Notes under the pieces: generated by a model
Seen by the model: the letters and a program-made list of their open reading frames with translations, nothing else
The model's database searches: none
Told to the model about the DNA's origin: nothing
Assembly (NCBI GenBank): GCA_965205215.1
Contig: OZ242041.1
Coordinates: 1,888,001 to 1,952,000 of the forward strand
Length of the DNA: 64,000 nt
DNA from: Nitrosopumilus sp.
GTDB lineage: Archaea > Thermoproteota > Nitrososphaeria > Nitrososphaerales > Nitrosopumilaceae
Direction of reading: 5' to 3'
Translations under genes and position numbers: made by a program
Shown here: piece after piece, positions 27,159-36,333 of the stretch
Position numbering within the stretch: position 1 is the first letter of the stretch
Layout of the letters: each line of letters begins with the position of its first letter

Positions 27159-28538
27159 CTAATTAGTTACCAGATTGTCATGGGCGTAATCTAGTAATAT
27201 GCTTTGATCAGCGTTCGGTTGTTTTTTCCATACTAAATCATAAACTGTAACTGCAACGTTGTTTTTAACCAGATGGCCGTCAATTAGTTCACTAATAATT
27301 TTCCAATCGCCACCAGCAAACCCAGTTCCTATTCGTGGCATATGAACTGAAGCAGATTTTTCTTTAGCTTCAGCGGCCAATGACTCTAAGCATTTTGCAA
27401 GATGCCTATAGCGTATTTTTGGATGAGGTGATGCTGCAAGCCCATGTTGTGCAACCATGCTAAAAATAGTCAGGTCCTCCGAAATGCAGAAAGAATGTGA
27501 TTGTCCTAATTTAAGATTATTTGGCTCAGTAGCCCACCTCACAAACGATGTCCGGAGTTCCGGCCATTCAGTGGAAATGACTTTGCCAAACCCTCTGCCC
27601 CATCTTTTGCTTTTATCATTTGCAATATGCGCAATAATTTTATGGTTTTTTCCGCGCGGTTTTGTAGCATCGCCAACTACGTAGGCAATCTTAAGTGGTT
27701 CTGAAGCTGTATTTGCTTTGGATTTTATGATTGCAAGCACTCTGGGGTAAATACTGCCAGAATATGGAGAAACGCCAATGCACTCAATCTCTAAGTAAGG
27801 TAATTCGCTGAATAATTTTTCACGACGTTTGGAAGAAGTCCACCCAACAGCTGTACACTCTGACAAAACGCTATCCGATGAAATTTTCGAGCCCGCATAA
27901 ATTGGCAAGGTCGAGGTGTGCGAGCGAACCACATACTCAATTCTATACGGCGCATTATCAGTATCTGTTGTTTTTGCAGCTGAAAACATGGTTACGGGCT
28001 GATCTGTAATTTTTATCATACGGAGCAGTGCCGCTTCGGTGGAAACGTGATATTTATCTTTAATTGCAATTATGTTACTCATTTTAATTGGAATTTTTTG
28101 TATTTCTGATGCTGGTCCAAATGGCATAAGAATCTCAGCAGCTGAAACATTACAAAGAAGTTCTATTTGCCAATCATCAGATCGTTTTAAACGACCCGAC
28201 CTATTATGGATCGATTTTTTATAATCGGGAAATAATGTATGTGCAATCTCATGAGCAAGTGAAAATCTAATTCTTGCATATGACCGATTTGGGTTAAATT
28301 CAATTTCTGGATTCCCAGAAGTTGGCATTATCCTTGCGTCAGGAATATCGGTGTTTGGAACGACAGAAATTTTCCTTAGTTCAGCAAGTTGAAATGGATC
28401 GTATGGAGGACCATCCCAACCATTATCCATTGCATCCAAAACCAGTTGCCGTGTTTTGTCAACTATTGTCTCCAAGGGATCATCTTGTCCAGCTAATTCT
28501 TTTACAGAAGGATTAGTCCATTGAATTTTGTTAGGCAT
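27159..28538 (-). CDS. ImmA/IrrE-family metallopeptidase fused to a C-terminal macrodomain (DarG/Poa1-like)
   Basis: RIRFSLAHEIAH...ELLCNVSAAEILMP...VSTEAALLR; macrodomain YVVGDATKP, IIAHIAND, WGRGFG, MVAQHG, VHMPRIGTGFAGGDW. Confidence 0.9.
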   Translation of the reverse strand: MPNKIQWTNPSVKELAGQDDPLETIVDKTRQLVLDAMDNGWDGPPYDPFQLAELRKISVVPNTDIPDARIMPTSGNPEIEFNPNRSYARIRFSLAHEIAHTLFPDYKKSIHNRSGRLKRSDDWQIELLCNVSAAEILMPFGPASEIQKIPIKMSNIIAIKDKYHVSTEAALLRMIKITDQPVTMFSAAKTTDTDNAPYRIEYVVRSHTSTLPIYAGSKISSDSVLSECTAVGWTSSKRREKLFSELPYLEIECIGVSPYSGSIYPRVLAIIKSKANTASEPLKIAYVVGDATKPRGKNHKIIAHIANDKSKRWGRGFGKVISTEWPELRTSFVRWATEPNNLKLGQSHSFCISEDLTIFSMVAQHGLAASPHPKIRYRHLAKCLESLAAEAKEKSASVHMPRIGTGFAGGDWKIISELIDGHLVKNNVAVTVYDLVWKKQPNADQSILLDYAHDNLVTN

Positions 28539-28560
28539 TACTTAAAGTCTGAGATAACAG

Positions 28561-28575
28561 GAAATATACTTTTCC
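28561..28575 (-). promoter_or_regulatory. Archaeal BRE-TATA promoter of the three-gene operon
   Basis: Minus strand GGAAAAGTATATTTC, about 25-35 nt upstream of ATG 28538 (leaderless spacing). Confidence 0.55.
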
Positions 28576-28638
28576 ACAAAGAACCGGAAAGGCCTAGGGA
28601 CATGATCGTCTCTGGAGAACAAGAGACATGGCGATAGG

Positions 28639-29037
28639 CTAGACACGTAGGCGGCAGGGTTCCGAGGTTCTACCCCCGAACACGTGCTCAAAGCCTAGGT
28701 AGTGCTCGTTGTATGCTTTGGGTTGCCACCAGTGCTCAAACTTGTCCCTCTGGTAGGTACGGGTTATCTGCTTGGCGGGCTCCGGCTTGAGCACGACAAG
28801 GTTTGGGATTGATGTCATGTTGTTGCATACGACAAAGTAGTCGATGCGGTCAAGGACGCCCAACCCGGTCAGAAACGGCACGAGATTCTCGCGTGAAAAT
28901 ACCCTAATTTTCAGCACGAAATGTGTGTCGTCGCCGAATATCTTAGAGCGCCTGCATGCCCTCCTTGACCACGTCTATCTTTCAACCGAGGACAGCTCGC
29001 CTGCCGCGTACGTAGAGAACACCGGCGGCCCGGACAT
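28639..29037 (-). pseudogene. Degraded gene fragment of unknown function
   Basis: GC-richer patch inside the AT-rich island; coding-like frames (DVVKEGMQAL / KIFGDDTHFVLKIRVF...) are joined only through a frameshift or stop. Confidence 0.4.
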
Positions 29038-29265
29038 CTAAATTTGAACCCATCGCATCGCAAAACGTCGTGTGATTATTAAGCATTATAGCAATCAAGA
29101 CGGAGGCGAACAAAACAGCAATGAGCATGCTAGTGCCACATTGTGAAGAGGCGCCTCCACCCTAACTCCGATGTGCCCCGTTTTCCAGTGAAGAGCATGT
29201 CTCTAGGCATTTCCAATCCCTACCTGTCACAAAACCCAAGTTGGTGGTTTCTTGTTTGTATATTT

Positions 29266-29865
29266 TTACTGGCTTGAGGTGTTATCTTGAGATCGTTCCA
29301 ATACGATGTCACCTATGGTTCCACGTCCCCGTCCAGTATAATATTGCCCGCATAGAGTAGAACCTGTAAGTCTCAATCTTGCTGTGCCGCTATGAATCTG
29401 CATTGATTTAGGCGCCATAGCCATTGGATCGTTCTCATAAACATACACCAGCTCTGGTGATGTGGGATCATCTGTCAGAAAGCTAGCTGCAACGCTTCTG
29501 GAATGAGACTCTTCGGCCTCAAGTCGAACCAGTATTTTAGTCCACTGCTGTGTTATAACTAAAGATATAGAATGGACATTGCCATCTGACTCGTATGAAG
29601 AGGTAAGCTGGCCTTCCCACCGTCCATTTAGATTGGGTACCGTAACAAGACCGCGATTTCGTAGCAGCGGCCACTTCCATATGAAATGATCGAATGCGTA
29701 GTAGAGCACCCGATATATTCCAACAGCTGAAAATGCATCGATTAGCCACTGAAACTCCAAATTGATAGCACTTAGCGCATTATGTACATATCCTGTCAAC
29801 AGGACGCTTATTGTCAACAAGAAAACGATTACGGTTTTACTACGGCTCGGACTATAGACATTCAT
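29266..29865 (-). CDS. cap15: CBASS Cap15-like effector (2 TM + beta-barrel)
   Basis: Two TM helices, then FDHFIWKW, VPNLNGRWEG, ITQQWTKI, LVYVYENDP, HSGTARL, GQYYTGRG; directly downstream of a CD-NTase. Confidence 0.88.
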   Translation of the reverse strand: MNVYSPSRSKTVIVFLLTISVLLTGYVHNALSAINLEFQWLIDAFSAVGIYRVLYYAFDHFIWKWPLLRNRGLVTVPNLNGRWEGQLTSSYESDGNVHSISLVITQQWTKILVRLEAEESHSRSVAASFLTDDPTSPELVYVYENDPMAMAPKSMQIHSGTARLRLTGSTLCGQYYTGRGRGTIGDIVLERSQDNTSSQ

Positions 29866-29874
29866 GTAGGTTAG

Positions 29875-30750
29875 TCAACCCCAATCGTTCCACAATGTTA
29901 CAAGATGATCAGAGAGTTCCACGGCATGCTCAATGGACCATTGCTCGGCACTTGAACCAAACAAGTACTCTTGGTTGTTCTGACAAACAGCCTCGTTTAG
30001 ATCGCACATGCGCATCCACTTTACTATGGAATAGTAAATGTCTTGAAGACGGCCTTGAAAGGCACGATTCGGGGCATTGTATATGAGACACTCCAAAAAG
30101 TAAGACGGAGCAAGATTCTGACTGATCTTTTTGGTATCCACCAAACGATTTCGGGCGTTCTTAAACATTCGGACTGTTTGTTTGTATAGGCCGTCCGTGC
30201 GCCAGTTCTTTTCTGCGCCCCATTTATAATGTTCATTGGGATAATTGATTACACAACGCTTGTCGCGTAAGGTAAAAAATTTGATGCCTTTCACAAAAGA
30301 GTCTAGAGAATTATACTTGCGATACTCTGTGCAGACGACCACGTCTGCCGCCAGCCTAGACGAGCCTGATTTAATTTTGATAGATTTGTTTCCTTCTTCT
30401 ACAGATGCGCCGAATTCACTACGTAGTGCATCAAGAGTAGCGGTTCTGAATTCAGTCCACGTATACGCGGAAGTTCGAAACGAGCCTTCTAGTTTGTGGC
30501 GATCGGATAGAGACAACGAACTGCAATCATGATAAAAAGCATGGTTTAGTTTTATGACCACATCTACGTCACTGTCGCCCCGGATATTGGTGTCGTTTTT
30601 GTAAGAACCCTGTAGGAAGAAATCATAAGTCATTTGCTCGGGCCATGAATAAGAGTCAAGTGCATCGCGTATGGACTCATGAGTTAACTTAGAATTGGTT
30701 TGGGATCCATGATGAGACCATCGTCCTAATTGTGACTCTGGAATAGTCAT
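29875..30750 (-). CDS. CBASS cGAS/DncV-like nucleotidyltransferase, CdnE-like
   Basis: MTIPESQLGRWSH N-terminus, LQGSYKNDTNIRGDSDVDVV, GNKSIKI, ADVVVC, INYP, YKQTVRMFKNAR, APSYFLECLIYNAP. TATA-like box about 30 nt upstream of ATG 30750. Confidence 0.93.
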   Translation of the reverse strand: MTIPESQLGRWSHHGSQTNSKLTHESIRDALDSYSWPEQMTYDFFLQGSYKNDTNIRGDSDVDVVIKLNHAFYHDCSSLSLSDRHKLEGSFRTSAYTWTEFRTATLDALRSEFGASVEEGNKSIKIKSGSSRLAADVVVCTEYRKYNSLDSFVKGIKFFTLRDKRCVINYPNEHYKWGAEKNWRTDGLYKQTVRMFKNARNRLVDTKKISQNLAPSYFLECLIYNAPNRAFQGRLQDIYYSIVKWMRMCDLNEAVCQNNQEYLFGSSAEQWSIEHAVELSDHLVTLWNDWG

Positions 30751-31126
30751 CTTTGAAGTTAGCCATCCACTCACAAATATATCCATACGCTCAGACATGT
30801 CCTATGATCTAACGCAAGCGGGCATTGGCATCCACACGCGCACAAACCAAACCGTACCCTGACACCTAGGAAAGTCGAAAAACCCCAACCAACAGCGTTT
30901 GGAAGAGCGCCAATATCCAACAGTGTACGGTGCGATACAGCTATCCCTACATCCCAAAGTCGATTCTTGTCACGCTTGACAACCTCAGGAGGCCGCAGTT
31001 AGTCATACAGGGAACCAAGATACCAGTCACCGTCTAGACTAGTTATGGATAGCTCAGACGCACGTTAGATCCGTACCAACCATAGTTTCTAGAGAATCCG
31101 CGCGCGCAGTCGCTTAAAAATGAACT

Positions 31127-32746
31127 GTGGCACCCACCGCGTTGAAGAACAACGACAATTATGCCATATGCAGATTCGATGACCGGGCGCCTGACCCGGA
31201 CGTAGTCCAAGAGTACGTAGTGGGGCAGACAGGGGCAAAAGCCCGCGTCCACATTACTCGAGACGGCCGCTATATCATAAGGGAGCCGCCCCTCACCGTA
31301 CGCGCCGAAATGGCGTACAGGCGGCTCATGCAGAACATACACCACTCCTTCACATACCGTAGCATATCCCGCGACGACGTCATCCCGCTGCTAAAGCGCA
31401 CGCTAGAGGAGGAGTCAAAGGCGACAAACGACTTTGAGGTGTGGAGGCGCGAAAAAGAGGCAGTCGAGTACTACCTGGTCCGCGATATAGCCGGATACGC
31501 CGAGCTTGACGTCCTGATAAGGGACCCGCACATAGAGGACATCCTGTGCCTCCACTGGAACAGGCCCGTGGCAGTAGTGCACCGCGAGTATCCCCACCAC
31601 ACCTTGCTGAGCACGAACGTCACGTTCCAGACCGAATCGGCGCTGGAGCGGCTCATCCAGCGGATATCCCAAAAGTATGGCGAGCCGCCCAGCGAGACCC
31701 GCCCCATGACCTCGTTTTCCGACGAGCGCGGCATACGCTACACGTTCACCGGGAACAGGAAGATCACGCCGGACAGCCCGACCGCATCCATCAGAAAGCC
31801 GTCCGTATCGGCCGTTACGATATGCCACCTGCTGCAGAGCGGCCTGCTCTCCGTGCTGGCGGCCTCATACCTCTGGTGCGTAATGGACCTCAAGGGGTTC
31901 GGCCTGGTGATCGGGGCTCCATCAGCTGGTAAGACCACCATGATAAACGCCATATTTACGATGTCAAACCCCAACTGGCACTACTTTACCATAGAGGACG
32001 TGCTGGAGCTGAAGGTGCCACACCAGTATGTGAGCCGGCACCAGACCACCACGAACTCGTCGCTGCACGGGGAGCAGGGCGCGTCTGCAGCAACGCCTAG
32101 CGGCAGCGGCGGCGCGGCTGGCTTTGGCGTCTTTGACCTGTGCAGACTGTCCATGAGGTTCCGCCCCGACTTTGTGGTGGTGGGCGAGATCCTCGGCCAG
32201 GAGGCCGACGGCCTGTTCCAGGCGGCGGCCTCCGGTTCCGGGTGCATGTGCTCGTTCCACGCCAGCAGCGCGGAGCACGCCCTGACAAGGCTGGAGGCCC
32301 CTCCCATATCGCTCTCAAAGTCGCAGACCTCACTGCTCACCTACGTGCTTCACATGTCATGGGTGCTGCACGGCAACAAGAGGCAGCGCAAGCTCATATC
32401 GATTACGGAGGTCTCCACAGGGCAGGACGACGGCTCTACTGCGGGCGCGTCGTGCGCGGCCGGCACGGGCACGGCAGCCAGCAACAACAACCCCGACTCC
32501 CAGAAGGCGCTGAACACCCTGTTTTGGTACGACCCCGAGCAGAACCGCATCATGCCCGACAGCCTAGATGAGATCATAAAAAGGAGCGCCGTCCTGCCGC
32601 GCATGAAGGTCATGCTGGGGGTCGACGACATCAGGCATGACATGGAGCGCCGCATGGGCATCCTGGAGCGCATACGCGACGACAACATCACCGAGGTGCC
32701 CCGGATACACGACGCGATAAACGGCTTTTACCACTCCGGCCCCTGA
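31127..32746 (+). CDS. Type II/IV secretion ATPase (VirB11/FlaI/TadA-like)
   Basis: LIRDPHIEDI, SIRK, Walker A GAPSAGKTT, TIEDVLEL, RFRPDFVVVGEI, SFHA. Confidence 0.92.
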   Translation: MAPTALKNNDNYAICRFDDRAPDPDVVQEYVVGQTGAKARVHITRDGRYIIREPPLTVRAEMAYRRLMQNIHHSFTYRSISRDDVIPLLKRTLEEESKATNDFEVWRREKEAVEYYLVRDIAGYAELDVLIRDPHIEDILCLHWNRPVAVVHREYPHHTLLSTNVTFQTESALERLIQRISQKYGEPPSETRPMTSFSDERGIRYTFTGNRKITPDSPTASIRKPSVSAVTICHLLQSGLLSVLAASYLWCVMDLKGFGLVIGAPSAGKTTMINAIFTMSNPNWHYFTIEDVLELKVPHQYVSRHQTTTNSSLHGEQGASAATPSGSGGAAGFGVFDLCRLSMRFRPDFVVVGEILGQEADGLFQAAASGSGCMCSFHASSAEHALTRLEAPPISLSKSQTSLLTYVLHMSWVLHGNKRQRKLISITEVSTGQDDGSTAGASCAAGTGTAASNNNPDSQKALNTLFWYDPEQNRIMPDSLDEIIKRSAVLPRMKVMLGVDDIRHDMERRMGILERIRDDNITEVPRIHDAINGFYHSGP

Positions 32747-32880
32747 CGCCGAAGGACAGGCATAATTACCGGCCGGCCATACACAACAGAGATCACATCC
32801 CCGTGTGATCGCAGGAGGGCAGGACTCTGCATCCGTGTGGATCTGCCTTCCCGTCCTCAGTATCGTCGTTCGCGGTGCCG

Positions 32881-33393
32881 TCACTTTCGATTCCGCCATC
32901 TCCGGCCCGTACCACACCTTGGGAACTGATTGTACTCAAGCCAAAGGACCAGTACCACGCCAGCTGCAATGCCCACCGCCCGCGTCACGTCGTTATACCA
33001 CGCAACGAAACCGGCCTCCATGACAAGGTTGACGGCCTGCGGTATGAGTCCGGCAAGGAGGAAGAGACGCGCGTAGTTGCCGGCCCGCGTCGCCCCGCGT
33101 ACAAGTGCAGGCGCAAAGACGGCGAATGGGACGCCAAACGCCACTACCGCCAAGCCGCCGCCTGCGGCCCGCACGAACAGCATCTCGGCGCCGGACGCCT
33201 GGCCCCCATACTTGCACGTGTGGGACGACTCGTACGGCGTGACGGTGATGCCGGCGGACTCGTACCCAAGGGACAGGCATGCCGCATAGTGGCCTGCCTC
33301 GTGCACATACACGCCCGCAAACATACCGGCAGCAATTATGCATGTCAAACTGACATAGACAACAACGTTAGTGGAAGCCAGATTCATCTGCAC
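32881..33393 (-). CDS. Membrane-embedded M50-like metallopeptidase
   Basis: VYVHEAGHYAAC within a TM segment, VRAAGG motif, 4-5 TM helices. Confidence 0.7.
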   Translation of the reverse strand: MQMNLASTNVVVYVSLTCIIAAGMFAGVYVHEAGHYAACLSLGYESAGITVTPYESSHTCKYGGQASGAEMLFVRAAGGGLAVVAFGVPFAVFAPALVRGATRAGNYARLFLLAGLIPQAVNLVMEAGFVAWYNDVTRAVGIAAGVVLVLWLEYNQFPRCGTGRRWRNRK

Positions 33394-33536
33394 GGCGGGG
33401 GCACCGTCTCCCGAAAATTAATGTGCTGACACGGCACGGGGCATAGAACACCTGGGCGTGGCCGCAATCCCATGCCCGCAGTCCCGTCATCCCGCGGTGG
33501 GGGTATCGGGGTGTCACGGCTTGTCACCGTCCCCCT

Positions 33537-35069
33537 GTGCCTCCAAGAAGAAGTTGGTACGGCGGCAGGACGGGTGGCCAGTCAGCGATGGCCACTGCAC
33601 TGTCCTGGCGCGCCTTTTATCCCGGCCGCGCGTCTGATACCGTGAAGGACAGGCCCGCGTTTCTGCTACAGGGACCCGCAATCCTAGGCATGATGCTGCT
33701 CGGCTTTGTCGTATACGTAGGGGTGATGACCGCGTTTACGGGTGTCATACAAGGCAGCCTGGCAGACGCCATAACCGAGGTCCCCACCATGCACGCGTAC
33801 GACGCGGACGGCAGGCGCGTCTCTGTCGTATCAGAGGAAGTCGCGGCTGCCGCGCAGCCGCACCTTGAGCGCCGCGACGAGCTGCGCGAACTCGCGGCCG
33901 TGCACATGCAGAACGCCGACTACGAGGCGCTGGTGCGGGCAGACGAGGAGATCGACGCCATAAACGGGGAGTTGTCAAGGATGGGATACCACGACACGGA
34001 GAGCGGCATCGCGGCCATGTACTGGTGGTTCGGGTACCCCGCGGCCGCCATACTGGTCGCGATGGCCATATTTTCAGGCGCGGGGCATTTCTGGGAGAAG
34101 GGGTTCGGGTTGTGGCGCCGCGGCACGTCCCTGGACATGTTCCGCGCGTCGGTCTTCGGGCTGGTGGCAATCTTCCTGGTGCCGGAGGTGTGGGATACGT
34201 TTGCCATACACATGACGGAATTCTCCAGGTATATGATGAACCCCGGCGGTGACCCGCACGACGTGATCGACTCGCTCTGGTGCAAGATGGGGGCCTCGGC
34301 CGCGTGCATGTTCGATTTTACAGGCGTCCTCGACCCCGTATCATGGAGCACGGCCCTTGCCAGCCCCAACGACTTTGGGCAGAGCCTGATGGGCGAGGTG
34401 TTCATGCCGTTCTTCAAGCTGATGCCGGCGCTTGTGGTGTCGCTCGTGGTGTTCGTGACTGCAAAGGTGCGCGTGCTGTTCATCAGTATAGTGTTGATCA
34501 CGCTGCCGATGTGGCTTGTGCTGCGCAACGTCCCGTACCTCAAAAAGCACGCCAAGAACATGGTGGACAACATGGTGGGCGCCTCGTTTGCGCCGTTCCT
34601 CTCGGCGGTCACGCTGTACGTGGGCTGGACCCACGTCTCAAACGCGCCGATGCCGTCGCTGGAGGAGTGGGTCTCCGTGCTGGGAATAGTCACGCTCGCG
34701 GGCCTCTGGCCCCTGATCCTAGCGCCGTTCCTGAGCAACGTGACGGGCTCCATCCAGGGCGCGGTGCAGACCGCGGTCATCAGCAGCAGCACCATGGCAA
34801 TGCAGATCGGCATGGGGGGCGCGGTGGGCGCCGCGAGCGGGGCCGGCGGGGCGGCGGCGGCAGGCGGGCTCGGCGGCCCCCTCAGGGGTCTTGCCATGGG
34901 CGCGGGCCGGGGCGCGGTCGGGAGCATGCCGGTAGTCGACGAGCTGGTGAAGGGAGGCAGGAGCGCGGGCGCGCTGGTGGGGGCAGGCAGCGGCGCCGCG
35001 GACGGTCCGGCCCCCGGAGCCGGCCCCGACAGTTCGTCCCCCGAAAGATCCGGCGCCGGCGCGAGGTGA
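33537..35069 (+). CDS. VirB6/TrbL-like polytopic membrane protein
   Basis: About 7-8 TM helices, KVRVLFISIVLITLPMWL pattern, Gly/Ala-rich C-terminal tail typical of TrbL-like proteins. Confidence 0.65.
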   Translation: MPPRRSWYGGRTGGQSAMATALSWRAFYPGRASDTVKDRPAFLLQGPAILGMMLLGFVVYVGVMTAFTGVIQGSLADAITEVPTMHAYDADGRRVSVVSEEVAAAAQPHLERRDELRELAAVHMQNADYEALVRADEEIDAINGELSRMGYHDTESGIAAMYWWFGYPAAAILVAMAIFSGAGHFWEKGFGLWRRGTSLDMFRASVFGLVAIFLVPEVWDTFAIHMTEFSRYMMNPGGDPHDVIDSLWCKMGASAACMFDFTGVLDPVSWSTALASPNDFGQSLMGEVFMPFFKLMPALVVSLVVFVTAKVRVLFISIVLITLPMWLVLRNVPYLKKHAKNMVDNMVGASFAPFLSAVTLYVGWTHVSNAPMPSLEEWVSVLGIVTLAGLWPLILAPFLSNVTGSIQGAVQTAVISSSTMAMQIGMGGAVGAASGAGGAAAAGGLGGPLRGLAMGAGRGAVGSMPVVDELVKGGRSAGALVGAGSGAADGPAPGAGPDSSSPERSGAGAR

Positions 35070-35070
35070 A

Positions 35071-36204
35071 TTGGGACTGACGGAAGACAGCGAGGAGAAA
35101 CGGCGGCGTAACCAGGCAGTACGGACAGAAAAACCGCGCGGGAAAGCCCAGGGTGCGGCCGGCACGCGCGGCGCCGTCCAGCACGCTCGAATAATAAAAG
35201 CATATAAGGTACTATACGGTACACAAAGCATGCCAATAATACTGCAGAGGGGCGAGGTGATGGAGTCCCAGCACAAGGTAAGCACGAGGTTTGGCGGCGG
35301 CACGCTGCACGTCACCAGCAGGGCCCTGATAATCGAGATCAAAAAGAGGGGGATCATATTTCACAGGTTCCACAACCAGATGTCAAGCATAAGAGCAGGG
35401 GGGCTCAGAAAGATAAGGCTGCAGTGGCCCGAGGGCTCCAGCCTGTTTGACTTTGAGTTCAAGGCGTGGGGCGCGAAAAACATCGTGCGCGCCATAAGCG
35501 AAAGGCACGACTATGCAAGGAACTATTCGCTTGACGGCGTCAGCAGGGTGATATTTACAGAACAGCAGAGGAAAAGGATACGCGAAGACCGCGAAAAATG
35601 GGCCGCAAAACAGCTGCGCACCGCGGAGAAGAGGGGCGACAGGCAGGCAGCCGAGATGTGGAAATGGTTCCTGCTCTACGCGCACGGCATATCGTGCAGC
35701 CGCTCCGTGCGCATACCGGACGGCGTGGAGGACCACGTATGCTGGAACGACTCCTGGCTTGGGGACAGGTACGCGTACACGTTCAACCGCTACTGGGTGA
35801 GCGGCAGGTTCGAAAAGGCCCCCGTGCTCGGGGGCGGGACGGACCCGGAGACGGGGGCGTACCGCATACCCGTCGAGCACGTGCGGTTCTTCCACGGGTA
35901 CCCGTACGTCAGCGGCGACGCGTTCGCGGATCCCGTGTACGATCAGGGGTTCCTGATCCCGACCATGCTGGAACCCATGACAGACTGCGAGATGGTAGTG
36001 AAGCGGTACAGGCCACGCGACAGGCTCAAGATGGGGTTCGGGCTGGACGTGGTGGACCCCACGTCCATACTTGGATACCTCAGCGACCCCAGGGAGGCCA
36101 TCATAGGGGGCAGAAACGACTCCCTGCTCACCCCCACCGAGGCCAGGATCCTCCACGGGCACGGCCTCGTGTCAGACGAGGTGATCCGGCAGATTGGCCG
36201 GTGA
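35071..36204 (+). CDS. Hypothetical protein with N-terminal PH-like domain
   Basis: Likely start MPIILQRGE (35230) after a TATA box; GGTLHVTSRALIIE resembles a bacterial PH-domain strand pattern. Confidence 0.7.
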   Translation: MGLTEDSEEKRRRNQAVRTEKPRGKAQGAAGTRGAVQHARIIKAYKVLYGTQSMPIILQRGEVMESQHKVSTRFGGGTLHVTSRALIIEIKKRGIIFHRFHNQMSSIRAGGLRKIRLQWPEGSSLFDFEFKAWGAKNIVRAISERHDYARNYSLDGVSRVIFTEQQRKRIREDREKWAAKQLRTAEKRGDRQAAEMWKWFLLYAHGISCSRSVRIPDGVEDHVCWNDSWLGDRYAYTFNRYWVSGRFEKAPVLGGGTDPETGAYRIPVEHVRFFHGYPYVSGDAFADPVYDQGFLIPTMLEPMTDCEMVVKRYRPRDRLKMGFGLDVVDPTSILGYLSDPREAIIGGRNDSLLTPTEARILHGHGLVSDEVIRQIGR

Positions 36205-36333
36205 ACCTTGCCCGGGCGCGGGCTTCCAAAAGGGCGCGCGTTCCCGGCCGAGCGCCCCGCGGGCACGGACATACCGGTACCGGCCGCCGCACCATCCAGC
36301 CTCGACAGGATTGCCGAATCCCGCAGACTACAA

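Noticed and set aside
30800-31120. Possible gene relic between the CBASS cyclase and the ATPase
   Set aside because: Only short open frames with no recognisable motif.
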